Source: Malacoraja senta
Lineage: Eukaryota
Direction: 5' to 3'
Length of the DNA: 64,000 nucleotides
Assembly: GCA_038087875.1 (NCBI GenBank)
Contig: CM075988.1
Span: 20,648,001 to 20,712,000 of the forward strand
Shown here: positions 1-13,094 of the stretch, piece after piece
How positions within the stretch are numbered: the stretch's first letter is position 1
How the letters are laid out: every line of letters starts with the position of its first letter
The notes under the pieces: generated by a model
What the model saw: the letters and a program-made list of their open reading frames with translations, nothing else
What the model was told of the DNA's origin: nothing
Database searches by the model: none
Translations under genes and position numbers: made by a program

Positions 1-459
1 GTCGCCTAAAGAGTAGCCTAAGTGGTTCATGCTGATGGACTCAATGGTAGGCAGTCTGGTCTGGGTGATAGACAGCTTGGTTAGTTTGTAAGGTGCTACT
101 GCCTTCCACTGCTTCTGCAGGGCTTCTATATGCTCCTCATACATGGACCATGTAGTATCTAGTTTAGGTTTTGGTTTAGGTTGGTAAAGGTCATGTGTAC
201 CGCGATACAGTGAAAAGCTTTGTTTTGCATGCTCTCCAAACAGAACAGGTAATATTATCGATAAATACAATCAAGGCAATCTCAAGTACAATAGATAGAG
301 CAAAGGGGAAGATACAGAATGCAGAATATCGTTCTCAACATTGTAGCGCAACAGTTCCATGGATAAAATCAAATCTCTGCAATGGGGTAGAGATGAATCA
401 GAGGTCTCCAGCTTATTGAAGGACCATTCAGAAGCCCGAAAACAGAGAGGAAGACAAAA

Positions 460-651
460 CGTGTAAGAAGGAACTGCAGATGCTGGTTTACACTGAAGGT
501 AGACACAAAATGCTGTTGTAACTCAGCGGGCCAGGCAGCATCTCCAGAGAGAAGAATGAATAATGAAGGGTCTCGACCCGAAACGTCACCTATTCCTTCT
601 CTCCAGAGATACTGCCTGACCCGCTTAGTTACTCCAGCTTTAAGTGTCTAT
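460..651. mobile_element. PLE pLTR-only insertion with inverted 5' piece (fold-back). Similar copies at ~9433-9594, 29630-29771, 35595-35762, 41045-41270, 43793-43962, 50695-50912, 58097-58298
   Basis: GGAACTGCAGATGCTGG...AACTCAGCGGG.CAGGCAGCATCTC followed by its reverse complement GAGAT.CTGCCTG.CCCGCT.AGTTACTCCAGC. Same sequence as the termini of the 11173-12536 PLE. Confidence 0.85.
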
Positions 652-3600
652 CAACAGAAGCTGTTTCTGAGTTTGGTTGTATGCACTTTCAAGATTCTGG
701 ACCGTTTGGCTGAAGGGAGCAGGGTGAATAACAAAAGACCCAGGAGTTAATTTCTCCTCCCGACACAGAGCTCAAACTCTTTGACTTACTTGTCTACCTG
801 CTTCTTATTCTTTTAGATTGTAGTCCCAAGTCATTGCGATTCTTGGTTCTTCTTGGTCCTCCAAAATATTCCAAATGGAATTTAAACTGGAGGTGGTGGA
901 GGGAGGACTTAAGCCAGAGAGGGTTTTTGGGAAGAAAGAGCTACCTTAAATTTATGGAGAAATATTAGCAGAAATGTCTTTGGGGAAATGTAACAGAGCA
1001 TTTGCCACTTTCATGAGATACAAACAGATGAGAGGCCGGTCAACACCCAGACCATCAGAAGCAACAATCTTGCTCGTCAAAGCAGCCTCTCCCATTTCCA
1101 CACTTTACATTTGTACTGCTCTGTTTGATTCATGGGAATAATTGCAGTCAATGCTGAGGGAAGCAAATCTGCTCCAGGGCTTTTCTCCCTGCGTGAAACA
1201 TCTCCATATGAGAAACAGAACAATGCGGCTGGGTTCCAGAATTAATAGTTCACCAGTTCTCAGAAATCGTATGAGTGCACATTATCACACAATGTGCACA
1301 TATTGCCTACTAAAGAAAATAGACATACTGCCACATTTTTTTGGATAAAATTAGGAGAGGCATTGATAGGGTTGACAGTCAGAACCTTTTCCCATGATTT
1401 CCCCGGATAGTCATTAGCATGGGTGTCAGGGGTTATGGGGAGAAGGCAGGAGAATGGGGATAAGAGGGGAAGATCGATCAGCCATGATTGAATGGCGGAG
1501 TAGACTTGATGGGCCTGATGGCTTAATTCTGCTCCTATAACTTATGAACTTATGAACTAAATATCAAATACTACAAATTCTGCACAAACATTAAGGGCTG
1601 AAGGGACCGTTCCTGTGCTGTACTGTTCTCATAAATGAATAACAATTAAGCTGGGTTAAGTTCACACAGGCTGCACAGTGTTGGGTAGTCTAGGTGCAGG
1701 CAGATAAGAATCAGTCTTGGCATCATGTACAGCACAAACATTTTGGGCCGTAGGACCCGTTCCTGCACTGTACTGTTCTGTGTTCTACGTCTGAGTTCAC
1801 TCCCAAGGGGTTGATGAACATCCCCTCAGTGAGCACTGTACTGCAGAGAGCTGCAGGACATATCTGGCAGTCTGCTGCACCAGGACTCTGGGGGTGGTGC
1901 TTGCAACAACCACATTTGTCCAAGAACAGGTTTGGCCAGACCAGTATAAAATAGAGCCTTGGCATGGCCCAGCCAGGATCCACTGTCACCACACAAGGAG
2001 TTTCACTGCCAATATTAGCACAATGTGATAACAATTCTTCAGAAATTCTAGCATTGAACACACAATGCTGTGTCCACATCACCTTACAGCACTAGAGACC
2101 TGTGTTCGATCCTGACCTTGGGTGCTGTTTGTATGGAATTTGTACGTTCTCCTGGTGACTGTGTGGGTTTTCTCCGGATGCCCCAGTTTCCTAAATGCAA
2201 CATGTCAGGAGAATACTGCACTTCCATGAACTTCTGCAATTGAGTGTAGATATTTGGTTTGCACAGATGAGCCTTCAATGGAACAGTCCGGGGTGGGCAC
2301 TGTAGTGCAACAGTAGAAATTCTGCGCTACAGCGCCGGAGACACGGGTTCGATACTGACTACAGGTGCTGTCTGTACAGAGTTTGTACGTTCTTCCTGTG
2401 ATGGTGTGGGTTTTCTCTGGGTGCTCCAGTTTCCTCCAACACTCCAAAGACGTACATGTTTGTAGGTTAATTGGCTTTGGTAAATTATGAAATTGTCCTA
2501 ATGTGTGTACGTTAGTGTATGGGATCATCGATGATTGGCACGGACTCGGGGGGGGGGGGGGGGGGGGGGTCTAAAGTCTAAAGTCTAAAGAGCAGTTGTG
2601 GTGTGAAGTCAAGAGTTGTACTGGCAACAGAACAATGCAATTATTACTTGCTGCAGTGCTTGACAGGTCTGTAAACACAATAACACACAAATATGCATGC
2701 ACCTATCAATAATACAATAACATATAGTTAGTAACACTAGTTGACCATAATAGTGCAAAATAGAAGTCTGTAGTGCAACCAAAAACAAAGTGCATAGAAG
2801 AGTGAGTCCTCTCACGCTACTAAAATGAGCCATCCCTCCTTGGATCTGGACTTTGTCGAGTTTCTCCATGTGAAGCCCTTGGGTCTTGTGGTGCACGCCA
2901 GCATGTGGTGGTGGGATCTTGGAGCGAACATTTGTTAGTCCACTGTGAACCCTCCCATTAACCTGTCACGCACTTTCTCACCAGATGTGTCCAGTACAGC
3001 TGATGGCACTTTTTCAAGATCTGTTTCATAACAGAAATATTTCTTTTGGCAAACTTTTTTGTTTGTTAACAATAACCATGTGATCACCGTACTGTAATCT
3101 AATGTCTCCTAAACGTTGCCTTCCCTTCAGACCACATTTACCCATTGCCCTGTCTGTGCAATGGTCCACATTGGCTCCTGTGTTCTGCACTAATCGGAAC
3201 CAGATAACTGCGTGCTGGCTTCGGCTTGGACCTTCCCCCTTTGTATGGTCGTGTTCTCCACAGATCGCAAGGTTCATCAGCTGCACCAGCCTCCTTGTGC
3301 GCTTTTATGAGAGCGTGAGAGGCCTATTTTTGGGTCAATTTAACCAACGGAATGTTTATTTCATTACTTAGTGTCTTCAGCTCCAGAAAATGGAAATAGA
3401 ATGCTGCAATAAAGAGTGCGTGGAAGTATTGGAAAGTGGAACACTTCAAGTAATTGTGCATTCAATGGAACAGTCTAACAGGCCAATATAAATAATGAAC
3501 CTGTTACTCTAGTGTACAGACTGGGAAACATTTTTTTCTGTTGGTTTCATCACTTCTACCAGGTTATGATCATTTTAGAGATCCTTATTTTCTCTAAATA

Positions 3601-3849
3601 AGCTTATTGGATAACTTATTTTCTGCCAGGAATCTCTTGGATGGCTTGTAACACCACCAGAGTTAGATGTAGCATGTATCTAAGTTACAGCATTTCAGTC
3701 ATACATCAGTTGGGAAGAGTTTTTCATTTGCAAAGGCATGAAAATATCAAACAAATAACGAAAAAAAGGAACTACAGATGCTGGTTTACAAAACAAGACA
3801 CAAGGTGCTGGAGTGGCTCAGTGTGTTAGACAATATCTCTGGAGAACCG

Positions 3850-4150
3850 TGGGCGGCACAGTGGCGCAGAGGTAGAATTGCTGCCTTACAGAGACCCGGG
3901 TTCGAACCAGACTACAGCCACTATCTGTATGGAGTTTGTACGTTCTCCCTGTGACCGTGTGGCTTTTCTCCAGGTGCTCTGGTTTCCTCCCACACTCCAA
4001 AGACATGCAGGTTTGTAGGTCAATTGGCTTCTGTAAATTGTGAATTGTCCCTAGTGTGTAGGATAGCGCTGGTGCATGGGTTGATCGCTGGTCAGTGCAG
4101 ACTCGGTGGCTGAAAAGGGCCTGGTTCCACGCTGTATCTCTAAAGTCTAA
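3850..4150 (+). mobile_element. HE1-like tRNA-derived V-SINE (full length)
   Basis: A-box TGGCGCAGAGG and B-box GGTTCGAACC; V-domain GTTTGTACGTTCTCCCTGTGACC..GGTTTCCTCCCACACTCCAAAGAC; CR1/HER1-derived tail GGGCCTG.TTCC.CGCTGTATCTCTAAA. Confidence 0.88.
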
Positions 4151-6092
4151 CATGGATAAGCGATGTAGTTTAGTTGAGTTTAGTTTAGAGATACAGCGTG
4201 GAAACAGGCCCTGCAAGCGACCGAGTCCACGCCGAACAACAATCACCCCGTAAACTACAGTAGTTCTATCCTACACTCTTGGAACAATTTACAGAAACCA
4301 ATTAACATACAAACCAGAGCACCTGGAGAAAACCCAATGCGGTCACAGGGAAAACATACAAACTCCAATCAGACAGCACCCATAGTCAGGATCGAACCTG
4401 TAAGGCTGCAACTCTACCACTGAGCCAATGTGCTTGGGTCGGGACCCTTTTTCAGAGTGTTTGAGATGTGGGGAGAGAGCAAGCTGGAACGTGAGGAAGG
4501 ATGGTACAAAACATGGCGAATGATCGGGTATAAGTAAATGAATCTTCCTTTTAACTGCACCCTACTCACAGTTTTACTCCCGGGGTTGAGTTATAGCGTA
4601 GCAATTCAAAATTGATCACACGCATTGTTGGTTGGGTGTGACCTTGTACCCAATATCAGATGACATCTTCCTATTTCTTCGTCCATCTCTTCAAACTTAT
4701 CCATCCTGTGGCTGAAAATGGTTGAAAGACTCAGTGAGAAGAGGAGAGCTTTGCGAATGGAATGCTCTCCCGCTTTTCAACGAGACTTTCAGCCATTTTC
4801 TGACGTGCTAGAAGTTTGAAATGTGTGATTTTGATTAAAAACAATGTTGACCAAAATCTCTTTAAAATTACAGCGCCGTTATTTGACACTATGTGTGATT
4901 GTGTTGAAAGGATTTATGATTTGGTGGAGAGCTTGGCAAGGCTCGTTAATCAAAACCCACGAGAGAGTTAAAGGTTGCCCTGTGAAAGTTCAACATTTTC
5001 ATCATTATGTGTCGGGCCAGTTATATTTAACTTTTCCTAAACAAACAACACATTATTTCTTTGTGTCGATGAATTGGCAGATTGAAAATGAAAGGAGCCA
5101 CCAAATGGAATTCCCTTTTTCAGCAGGGATAGAATAAGATGAAAATACAGTGATGGAGGTGTGAGACGTAGAAGAGTACAGCACAGGAACAGGCCCTTCG
5201 GCCGACGATGTCTGTGCCGAACTTATTGCCAAGACCAACCCTTATCTGCCTGCTCATGAAACAGAACCCTCCATTCCCTGCATATCCTTGGGCATATCTA
5301 AAAGCCTCTTCCTGTAAATGCCTCTATCGTATCTGACTCCACCACCACCCCTTGCAGCATGCTCCATGCACCCACCACCCTCTGTGTAAAAAAACCAAGC
5401 CTTACACATCTCCTTTAAACTTTGTCCCGCTGACCTTCAGACCCAGTCCGAAGAACGGTCTTGACCCGAAACGTCACTCATTCCTTCTCTCCAGAGATGC
5501 TGCTTGTCCCGCTGAGTTACTCCAGCATTTTGTGTTTATCTTCAACCTTAACTCTATGCCCTCTAGTCTTTGACATTTCCACCCTGAGAAAAAGGTTCTG
5601 GACCTCTGCCCTATCTGTGCCTCGCATCATTTTATAAACTTATATCAGGCATCCCCTCAACCTCCAGCATTCTCGAGAAAACAATCCGAGTTTGTCCAAC
5701 CTCTCTTGGTAGCTAATACCCTCCAACATCAAGGCAACATAATCCTCCTCATTGCTTTCACTTTCAACAGCGTTGACCAGTTCTCTGCGACTGTGAATTA
5801 AACCAACCGAACTCAAATGCCTGAAGAAGGGGCCCGACCCAAAATATCACCTATTCATTTTCTCCAGAGATGCTGCCTGACCCACTGAGGTATTTCAGCA
5901 TTTTGTGTCTATCTTTGGTCTAAACTAGCATCTTCACTTCCTTTTTATTACTAATTCAAATCCCATTGCCTGGAATGTTTTTTGAGAACAAGGTAGGTTA
6001 GCAGAGTGACATACTTTCTTTGATTGTTGGGGGGGTTGGGTTGAGGCATGTGTCTAATGGGGGTGGGATGCCAATGATAGTAACATATCAGT

Positions 6093-6438
6093 CTGTAAAT
6101 CAGCATCTGCAGTTCCTTCCCACACATTTTGTCTGCTCCACTGCGAACTCTCCTCGAGATATGCCTACTTTGAGGAAGTTCTCCTCCTCTCTCCGACGAG
6201 AGCTCTGCGACACCCTCTCTCGCTGCTACCCCTGTGATTCCTCACTGTGATTCCTCCTGCTCTCTGGCTCTACAACCACGTCTTTAATTCAGACTCACTA
6301 CCACAGGTCTGAAGAAGTGTCTCGACCGGAAACGTCACCCATTCCTTCTGTCCAGAGATGCTGCCTATTCCGCTGAGTTACTCCAACATTCTGTGTCTAT
6401 CTTTTGTATAAACCAGCATCTGCAGTCCTTCCTACACA
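6093..6438 (+). mobile_element. Internally deleted PLE derivative: pLTR end, probable 5' leader/ORF start, 3' pLTR with hammerhead motif
   Basis: CAGCATCTGCAGTTCCTTCC..CACA at both ends. Internal ATGCCTACTTTGAGGAAG (MPTLRKFSSSLRRELC), assigned as ORF start by inference. Hammerhead-like 6309-6336. Confidence 0.6.
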
Positions 6439-9400
6439 TATCTTCGTTGATTGTTGGGAGGATTGGGTCAAGGCATGTATCTAATAGGGTGGGGTCCCAA
6501 TGAACCATTCTGGAGACTGGTCTACCTCAGCCATTTTGATGCCCTGCCAAGCAGGGTCCCCAGTGAAGCTCAGAAGCAAGAACATCAGAGATCGTGCAGA
6601 ACAGCCTACAGCGAGGAGACAATGGAACCTCACAGAAGTGCCGCAGACAGATGTTCTACATTCTCAAAACTATATTGACATCATATTTTGATCGTACCAT
6701 GGACCACCATTGGAGTTTACATGAAACGTGAGGAACTGCAGCTGCCTGGGGAACACTGACCAAGCTGTTGATGTCCCAGTTTTCAAATGATCCATGACTT
6801 CAAAATTAATTAACTGGAAAGGTTTCTCATTTTGTTTATTCTGTAACAAATCTCAAAGTTAGCATCTCTATATTTCCCGCATCATGTGTTTTACATGTGT
6901 ACATGATGCCCATGATTATTTAAGACCTTTTTTTATTTCTTGGGGCACCTGTTGTACATAAGATTTAAAGGGCGAGCGAGATTAACTGAGGAAGTTCTTG
7001 GTTACACTTGGAGTTTTATTTTTATAAGACCCTGCTTTTGATTCAGCTAAAGTCAAATGACCTTCAGCGTGGGAAACTGAAGTTTGCAGTAAGACACTGC
7101 AAACTTATATTTCCATGAATCCTCAGAGATGTAAAAGGACAATCAGTCGGGAAGGAACTTGTGTGCAGATATTTCCCTAATGTGTGATAACTAATGAATC
7201 TTGAATTAGATATAGTAAAGACCACTCCACGCGTTAAGTTGAGAGGGGCAAAGTTCAAAGGAGATGTGTGGGACAACTTTCTCACATATAAGGTGGTGGG
7301 TGCCTGGAAAGCCCTGCATCGTTCCAGTGTCATAAAAATGAGGGTGATATTAATTTTCCAATGCAGTGCATAAGAATTCTGAGATTTGATTGAGTTGAGT
7401 TTGAATTGACTAGTTCATATAGACATCTCAGTTGGCATGGATGAGTTTGGGCCTGTTTCCATGTTGCATAATTCCATGACTCGATGAGATCTCACAAACT
7501 AAAACCCAACAGAAGCAGGGAAATTTAAATTCAGTTCATCAAATAACGAATTAACAAATTCAGAACCTTTTCAGAGCCTTTTTTTCCCAGGGTGGAAATG
7601 TCAGAAACTGAAGGGCATAGCTTTAAGGTGAAAGGGGCAAAGTTTAGAGGAGAATTGCAGGGCAAGTTTGTACTCAGGGATGGTAGGTGCCTCTAACACA
7701 TTGCCAGAGGTGGTAATGGAGGCAGATACAATAGTGGTATTTAAGGGTTTTTTTTACGAGAGGCACATGGGTGTTAAGGGAATGGAAGGGTATGTATCAT
7801 GCAGGAAGATGAATTTAGTTGAGTTTGGTATCATGATCGGCATAGATATTGTGGGCTGAGCCTTTGCCTTTGCCGTTCTGTTCTATATTCTAATAAAACA
7901 GAAACAAGTGGATAAACATTAAAACCACCCCTTCATTAATGTACTTCAGGAAATGAAATCTATCAAGCCTGCAAGATTTAGCCCATACATGGCTAGAGGC
8001 GATGAGGGATTTGCAATTAATGCTGGCTTTGTAAAAACCTCTCCATGTTCGGATGAAAGATCATTGACCTGAAACGTTAACGCTGTTTCTCTTCTCCACA
8101 GGTGTTGCCTCACCTGCTGAGTACTTACAACTTTTTTTCCATTAAATTCCACATTACTAGCATCTGCAGCTGAATGTCAGTTGAATTAATTGTAATATTT
8201 GAGGTCAAAGCATTACTTTTTTTTACCAATAACACTTCTCCCTCGGTTCAAAGGATGTAAGTAAATGTGCAGGCTTATCTGATTAGTTTAGTTTAGTTTA
8301 GTTTGGAGATACAGCGCAGAAAATGAGTCTGCGCCGACCAGCGATCCCTGCTCATTGACACTATCCTAAAGCCCACGCAGGTCACAGGGAGAACGTACAA
8401 ACTCTGGACAGATAAGCACCCGTAGCCAGGATCGAACCCGGTTCTCTGGCGCTGTAAGGCAGCAACTCTACCGCTGCGCCACCATGCGACCCATGCCGAT
8501 GCTCAAGTAACTTTGCTGTGGCAACTTCTCACGTTTGAGATCAGCCTTTATTGCCAGAGAGATGGAGCTCATCAGTTGAGAAACCTGCTGGTAATGATTG
8601 TGGTTTATAATTGGCATGTAGTAATTGAGGAGGTAGTTGAAGCAGTAAAACATTTAGAATCATAGAGTCCCCATACAACATGGAAGCAGGCCATTCAGCC
8701 CAACTCGTTGATGCTGACCAAGTTGCCCCATCCATGCTAGTCCCATTTCTCCTTATATGGCCCATATCACTCTAAACCTTTCCTATGTTCCAACTGTCTT
8801 TTAAATCTTGATATTGTACCTACCATAGAGTCATAAGGCTCATAGAGTCATACATAGGCTCTTCGGCCCAACATATCCCATCTACACTAGTCCTACCTGC
8901 CTGCATTTGGCTCAAATCCCTCCAAACCAGTCCTATCCATGTACCTGCCTAATTGTTTCTTAAACATTGGATAGTCCCTGGCTCAACTACCTCCTCTGGC
9001 AGCTCGTTCCATACACCCACCACCCTTTGTGTGAAACCCTTGCCCGTGGACATTTGGACAGGTACATAGATAGGAAAAGTTTGGAGGGATATGGCCATTC
9101 ACAGACAAATGGAACAAGCTTAGATGGAGCATCTTGATCAGTATGGACGAGTTGGGCCGACTGGCCTGTTTCTGTGTGTATGACCTTATGCTACTGATTC
9201 TATGACAAGTACTGAGACACAGTGCTTTTTTTTGCGTGCTACCCAATTAAATCATAACATACATGAGCATAATCGAGCACACAAGTACAACAGGTAGTGC
9301 CGACAGAAAAATGTCAGGGTGCAGAATATAGTATTATAGCGTTACAGCGTTACAGTTACAGAAAGGTCCAAGGCAATGAGGTAGGTTGGAAGATCAGGAC

Positions 9401-9635
9401 TACACCCTAGCTTATGGGCGGGGCATTCAGTACGTAGAAACAAAGAATTGCAGATGCTGGTTATACCAAAGATAGACACAAAGTGCTGGAGTAACTCAGC
9501 GGTTCTGAAGAAGGGTCCTGACCTGAAACATCACCTATCCTTTTTCTCCAGAGATGCTGCCTGACCCACTGAGGTACTCCAGCATTTTGTGTCTGTTGAC
9601 CATTCAGTCATCCAACAACAGCGGAGAAGAGGTTA

Positions 9636-11062
9636 ATAGAAACATAGAAACATAGAAAGTAGGTGCGAGAGTAGACCACCAGGCCCATCGAGCCCGCACC
9701 GCCATTCGCTCATGGCTGAACACTAAACAGACACCCTTACCCACAAACAGTAGACACAAGACACAGAACACAAGACACTACCCTCCCCTTTATATCGCTA
9801 TCACCCCTCTCCACCCCAAGAACCGCGTGATCTCCTGGGGGAGGCAAAAAAACGGATAAAAACCCAGGTCCAATTCGGGAAAAAAATCCGGGAAATTCCT
9901 CTCCGACCCCAATCCAGGCGATCGACACTTGTCCAGGAGATCACTCAGGTCTTACTATACTAACCATACCTAGGTCCATATCCCTGCCCTCTCCCCGTAG
10001 CCCCTTATCCCCTTGGCAGCTAAAAAACCATCTATTTTAGACTTAAATATATTTAATGTTTCTGCTTCCACTGCTCCCTGGGGCAGTGAATTCCATAAAT
10101 TAACCACCCTCTGGGTGAAGAAGTTCTTCCTCATCTCAGTTTTAAAAGAGCCCCCTCTTATTCTACAACTATGTCCCCTAGTTCTAGTTTCCCCGATCAT
10201 TGGGAACATCCTCGGTGCATCCACCCGATCAAGGCCCCTCACGATCTTATATGTTTCAATGAGATCGCCTCTCATTCTTCTAAACTCCAAAGAGTAGAGT
10301 TCCAGCCTACTTAACCTTTCCTCATATGTCAATCCCCTCATTGCAGGAATTAATCTTGTAAACCTTCGCTGCACTGCCTCCAGGGCCAGTACATCCTTTC
10401 TTAAGTATGGACCCCAGAACTGTACACAGTATTCCAAATGTGGTCTCACTAATACCGTGTACAGCTGTAGCAAGACCTCCGTGTTTTTATACTCAATCCC
10501 CCTAGCAATAAAGGCCAAAACTCCATTGGCCTTCCTGATTGCTTGCTGCACCTGCATACTAACTTTTAGTGATTCATGTACTACTACCCCTAGATCCCTT
10601 TGCGTTGCATTACAACGCAGCTCCACCTCATTTAGAAAATAACTTGCCCTATCATTTTTTTTCCCAAAGTGAATGACTTCACATTTATTAGTATTAAATT
10701 TCATCTGCCAAGTTGTTGCCCACTCACCTAGCTTATCTATATCCTTTTGCAGACTCTTCCTATCCTCCTCATCCCCTACTTTTCCTCCCATTTTTGTATC
10801 GTCCGCAAATTTTGATATATTACACTTGGTTCCCTCCTCCAAATCATTTATATAAATTGTGAACAACTGGGGTCCCAGCACCGACCCTTGCGGAACCCCG
10901 CTAGTTACCGGTTGCCATCCCGAGTATGAACCATTTATCCCCACTCTCTGCTTCCTATTTGTTAGCCAATCCTCTACCCATGCTAATATATTACCCCCAA
11001 TCCCATAATTTTTTTTATTTTTTGCAATAGTCTCTTATGTGGCACCTTGTCAAAAGCCTTTT
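9636..11062 (-). mobile_element. Young 5'-truncated CR1-clade LINE, distinct subfamily with long structured 3' UTR
   Basis: Open RT ORF 9970-10944 (SGVPQGSVLGP..FADDTK..LVRPHLEYC..FFTQRVVNLWNSLP). Upstream KAFDKVPH joined across a probable A-run frameshift near 11010-11023. (TTTCTATG)n tail at 9636-9658. Inserted in an old Rex1-like fragment. Confidence 0.93.
9970..10944 (-). pseudogene. CR1 ORF2 reverse transcriptase C-terminal portion (5'-truncated)
   Basis: 324 aa open frame with RT motifs GVPQGSVLGP and FADD. Confidence 0.9.
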
Positions 11063-11172
11063 GTTCCTGAATCTGATGGTATGGTGTTTCAACTTTTTGG
11101 ATCTTTTACCCAGGGGGAGAGGGGAAAAGAGAGAATGATACAGTTGTTGGTTCAACGTCATCTTGAGTAATA

Positions 11173-12536
11173 TGTAAGAAGGAACTGCAGATGCTGGTAT
11201 CAACTGAAGACAGACACAAAAAGCTTGAGTAACTCAGTGGGACTGGACTTCATCATCTTCACCACCAATTTTCATCCTGCACTCAAATTTACTTGGACCA
11301 TCTCTTACACTTCCCCCCGCTTTCTTGATCTCACAGTCCCCATCACAGGAAAGAGACTAATGACTGATGTCTATTACAAACTCACTGACTCCCACAACTA
11401 TCTCGACTACACTTCTTCCCACCCTGCTTCCTGCAAAGACTCTATCCCTTACTCCCAATTCCTCTGCCTACGCCGCATCTGCGTCCAAGATAAGGTTCCA
11501 TACTAGGACATCCGAGATGTCCTCATTCTTTAGGGAATGGGAGTTCCCCTCTCCCATCATAGATGAGGCCCTCACTTGTGTCTCCTCGTTACCCTGCAGC
11601 TCCGCCCTTGCTCTCCCTCTCCCTAGTCGCAACAGAGACAGAGTCCCCCTAGTCCTTACCTTTCACCCCATCAGCCATCGCATACAACACACAATCCTCC
11701 AAAATGTCCGCCACCTCCAATTGGATCCCACCACTAGCCACATTTCCCCATCTCCACCCCTTTCCACCTTGCGCAGAGACTGCTCTCTCCGCAACTCCCT
11801 GGTTAACTCATCCCACCCAAACCACACTCTCCCCAGGTACCTTCCCCTGCAACCGCAGAAGATGCAACACCTGTCGCTATACCTCTTCCCTCGACTCTGT
11901 CCAGGGATCCCAACAGTCCTTTCAGGTGAGGCAGAGGTTCACTTGCACCTCCTCCAACCTCATCCACTGTATCCGCTGTTCAAGATGTGGAATCTTATAG
12001 ATCGGCGAGACCAAACGTAGACTGGGCGATCATTTCGCGGAACACCTTCGCTCAGCCCGCCTGAACCTACCTGATCTCCCGGTTACTGGACAGTTTACTT
12101 CTTCTTCCCATTCCTACACAGACCTTTCTGTCCTAGGTCTCCTCCATTGTCAGAGTGAGGCTAAACGCAAATTGGAGGAACAGCATCTCATATTTCGCTT
12201 GGGCAGCTTATAGCCCAGTGGTATGAATATTGATTTCTCTCACTTCAGATAGCCCCGACATTCCCTCTCTCTCTATCCCTCCCCCACCCAAGTTGCACTA
12301 GCTTCTCATTTTCACCCTACAAACAGCTAACAATGGCCTGTTTCCTTTATCATCGTTACTTTTTTGCATATCTTTCATTCATTGTTCTTTATCTCTCCAC
12401 ATCACCGTCTATATCTCTCAATTCCCTTATCCCTAACCAGTCTGAAGAAGGATCTCGACCCGAAATGTCACCCATTCCTTGTCTCCAGAGATGATGCCTG
12501 GACCGCTGAGTTACTCCAGCTTTTTGTGTCTATCTT
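11173..12536 (+). mobile_element. 5'-truncated Penelope-like element (Neptune-type): inverted 5' pLTR piece, RT C-terminus, Cys-rich linker, GIY-YIG endonuclease, 3' pLTR
   Basis: RT thumb FHPALKFTW..FLDL..TDVYYK.TDSH.YLDYTSSHP..CKDSIPYSQF. Linker PCNRRRCNTC. GIY-YIG NLIHCIRCSRCGIL*IGETKRRLGDHFAEH with stop at 11998-12000. Inverted pLTR 11173-~11244. Flanking direct repeat ATCTTGAGTA (11160-69, 12532-41). Frameshifted, so inactive. Confidence 0.92.
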
Positions 12537-13094
12537 GAGTATTGTGTTCCGTTTTGGTCTCTCTAATTGTGAGAGAATATATTTGCATTGAAGGCAGGTC
12601 AGATATGGTTCACAAGCTCAATTCCGGGGAAGATGGACTGAACATAAACATAGAACAGTACAGCACATAACAGCCCTTCGACCTACATTATCTGTGCCGA
12701 ACATGATGTCAAGTTAAACTACTCGACCGGAATGTGATCCATATCCTTCCATTCCCTGCAGATCCAAGTGTCTATCTAAAGTTTCTTAAATGCCACTATT
12801 GTATCTGCCTCCACCAACATCTTGGCAGTGCTTTCCAGGCACCCATCAATCTCTAGGTAAAAACTTGCCCCCCCCCCTCAGCCACATCTTCTTTAAACTT
12901 TCGCTCTCTGTCCTAAGAGTTATGCGCTCTGGACTTTGACATTTCCATCCTGGCAAAAGGGATTTTTGAACTACACTGGATTTGACAGAGGTCCAACAGA
13001 GACCCAAAGCAGATCAACGTGATCTTATTGAATGGTGGAGCAGGGTCAAGACTCCAGATTTTGAGATTTTCATGTTATGAACAGTACTTACGTT

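Noticed and set aside
1..25. GTCGCCTAAAGAGTAGCCTAAGTGG, possibly the end of a DNA transposon or MITE
   Set aside because: Cut by the window edge; no complete terminal inverted repeat visible.
3102..3371. ORF behind a pyrimidine-rich acceptor (ttcccttcag)
   Set aside because: No recognisable domain and no good donor site.
3850..3925. tRNA-like sequences (TGGCGCAG..GGTTCGA)
   Set aside because: They are SINE heads that run into the V-domain or CORE, not tRNA genes.
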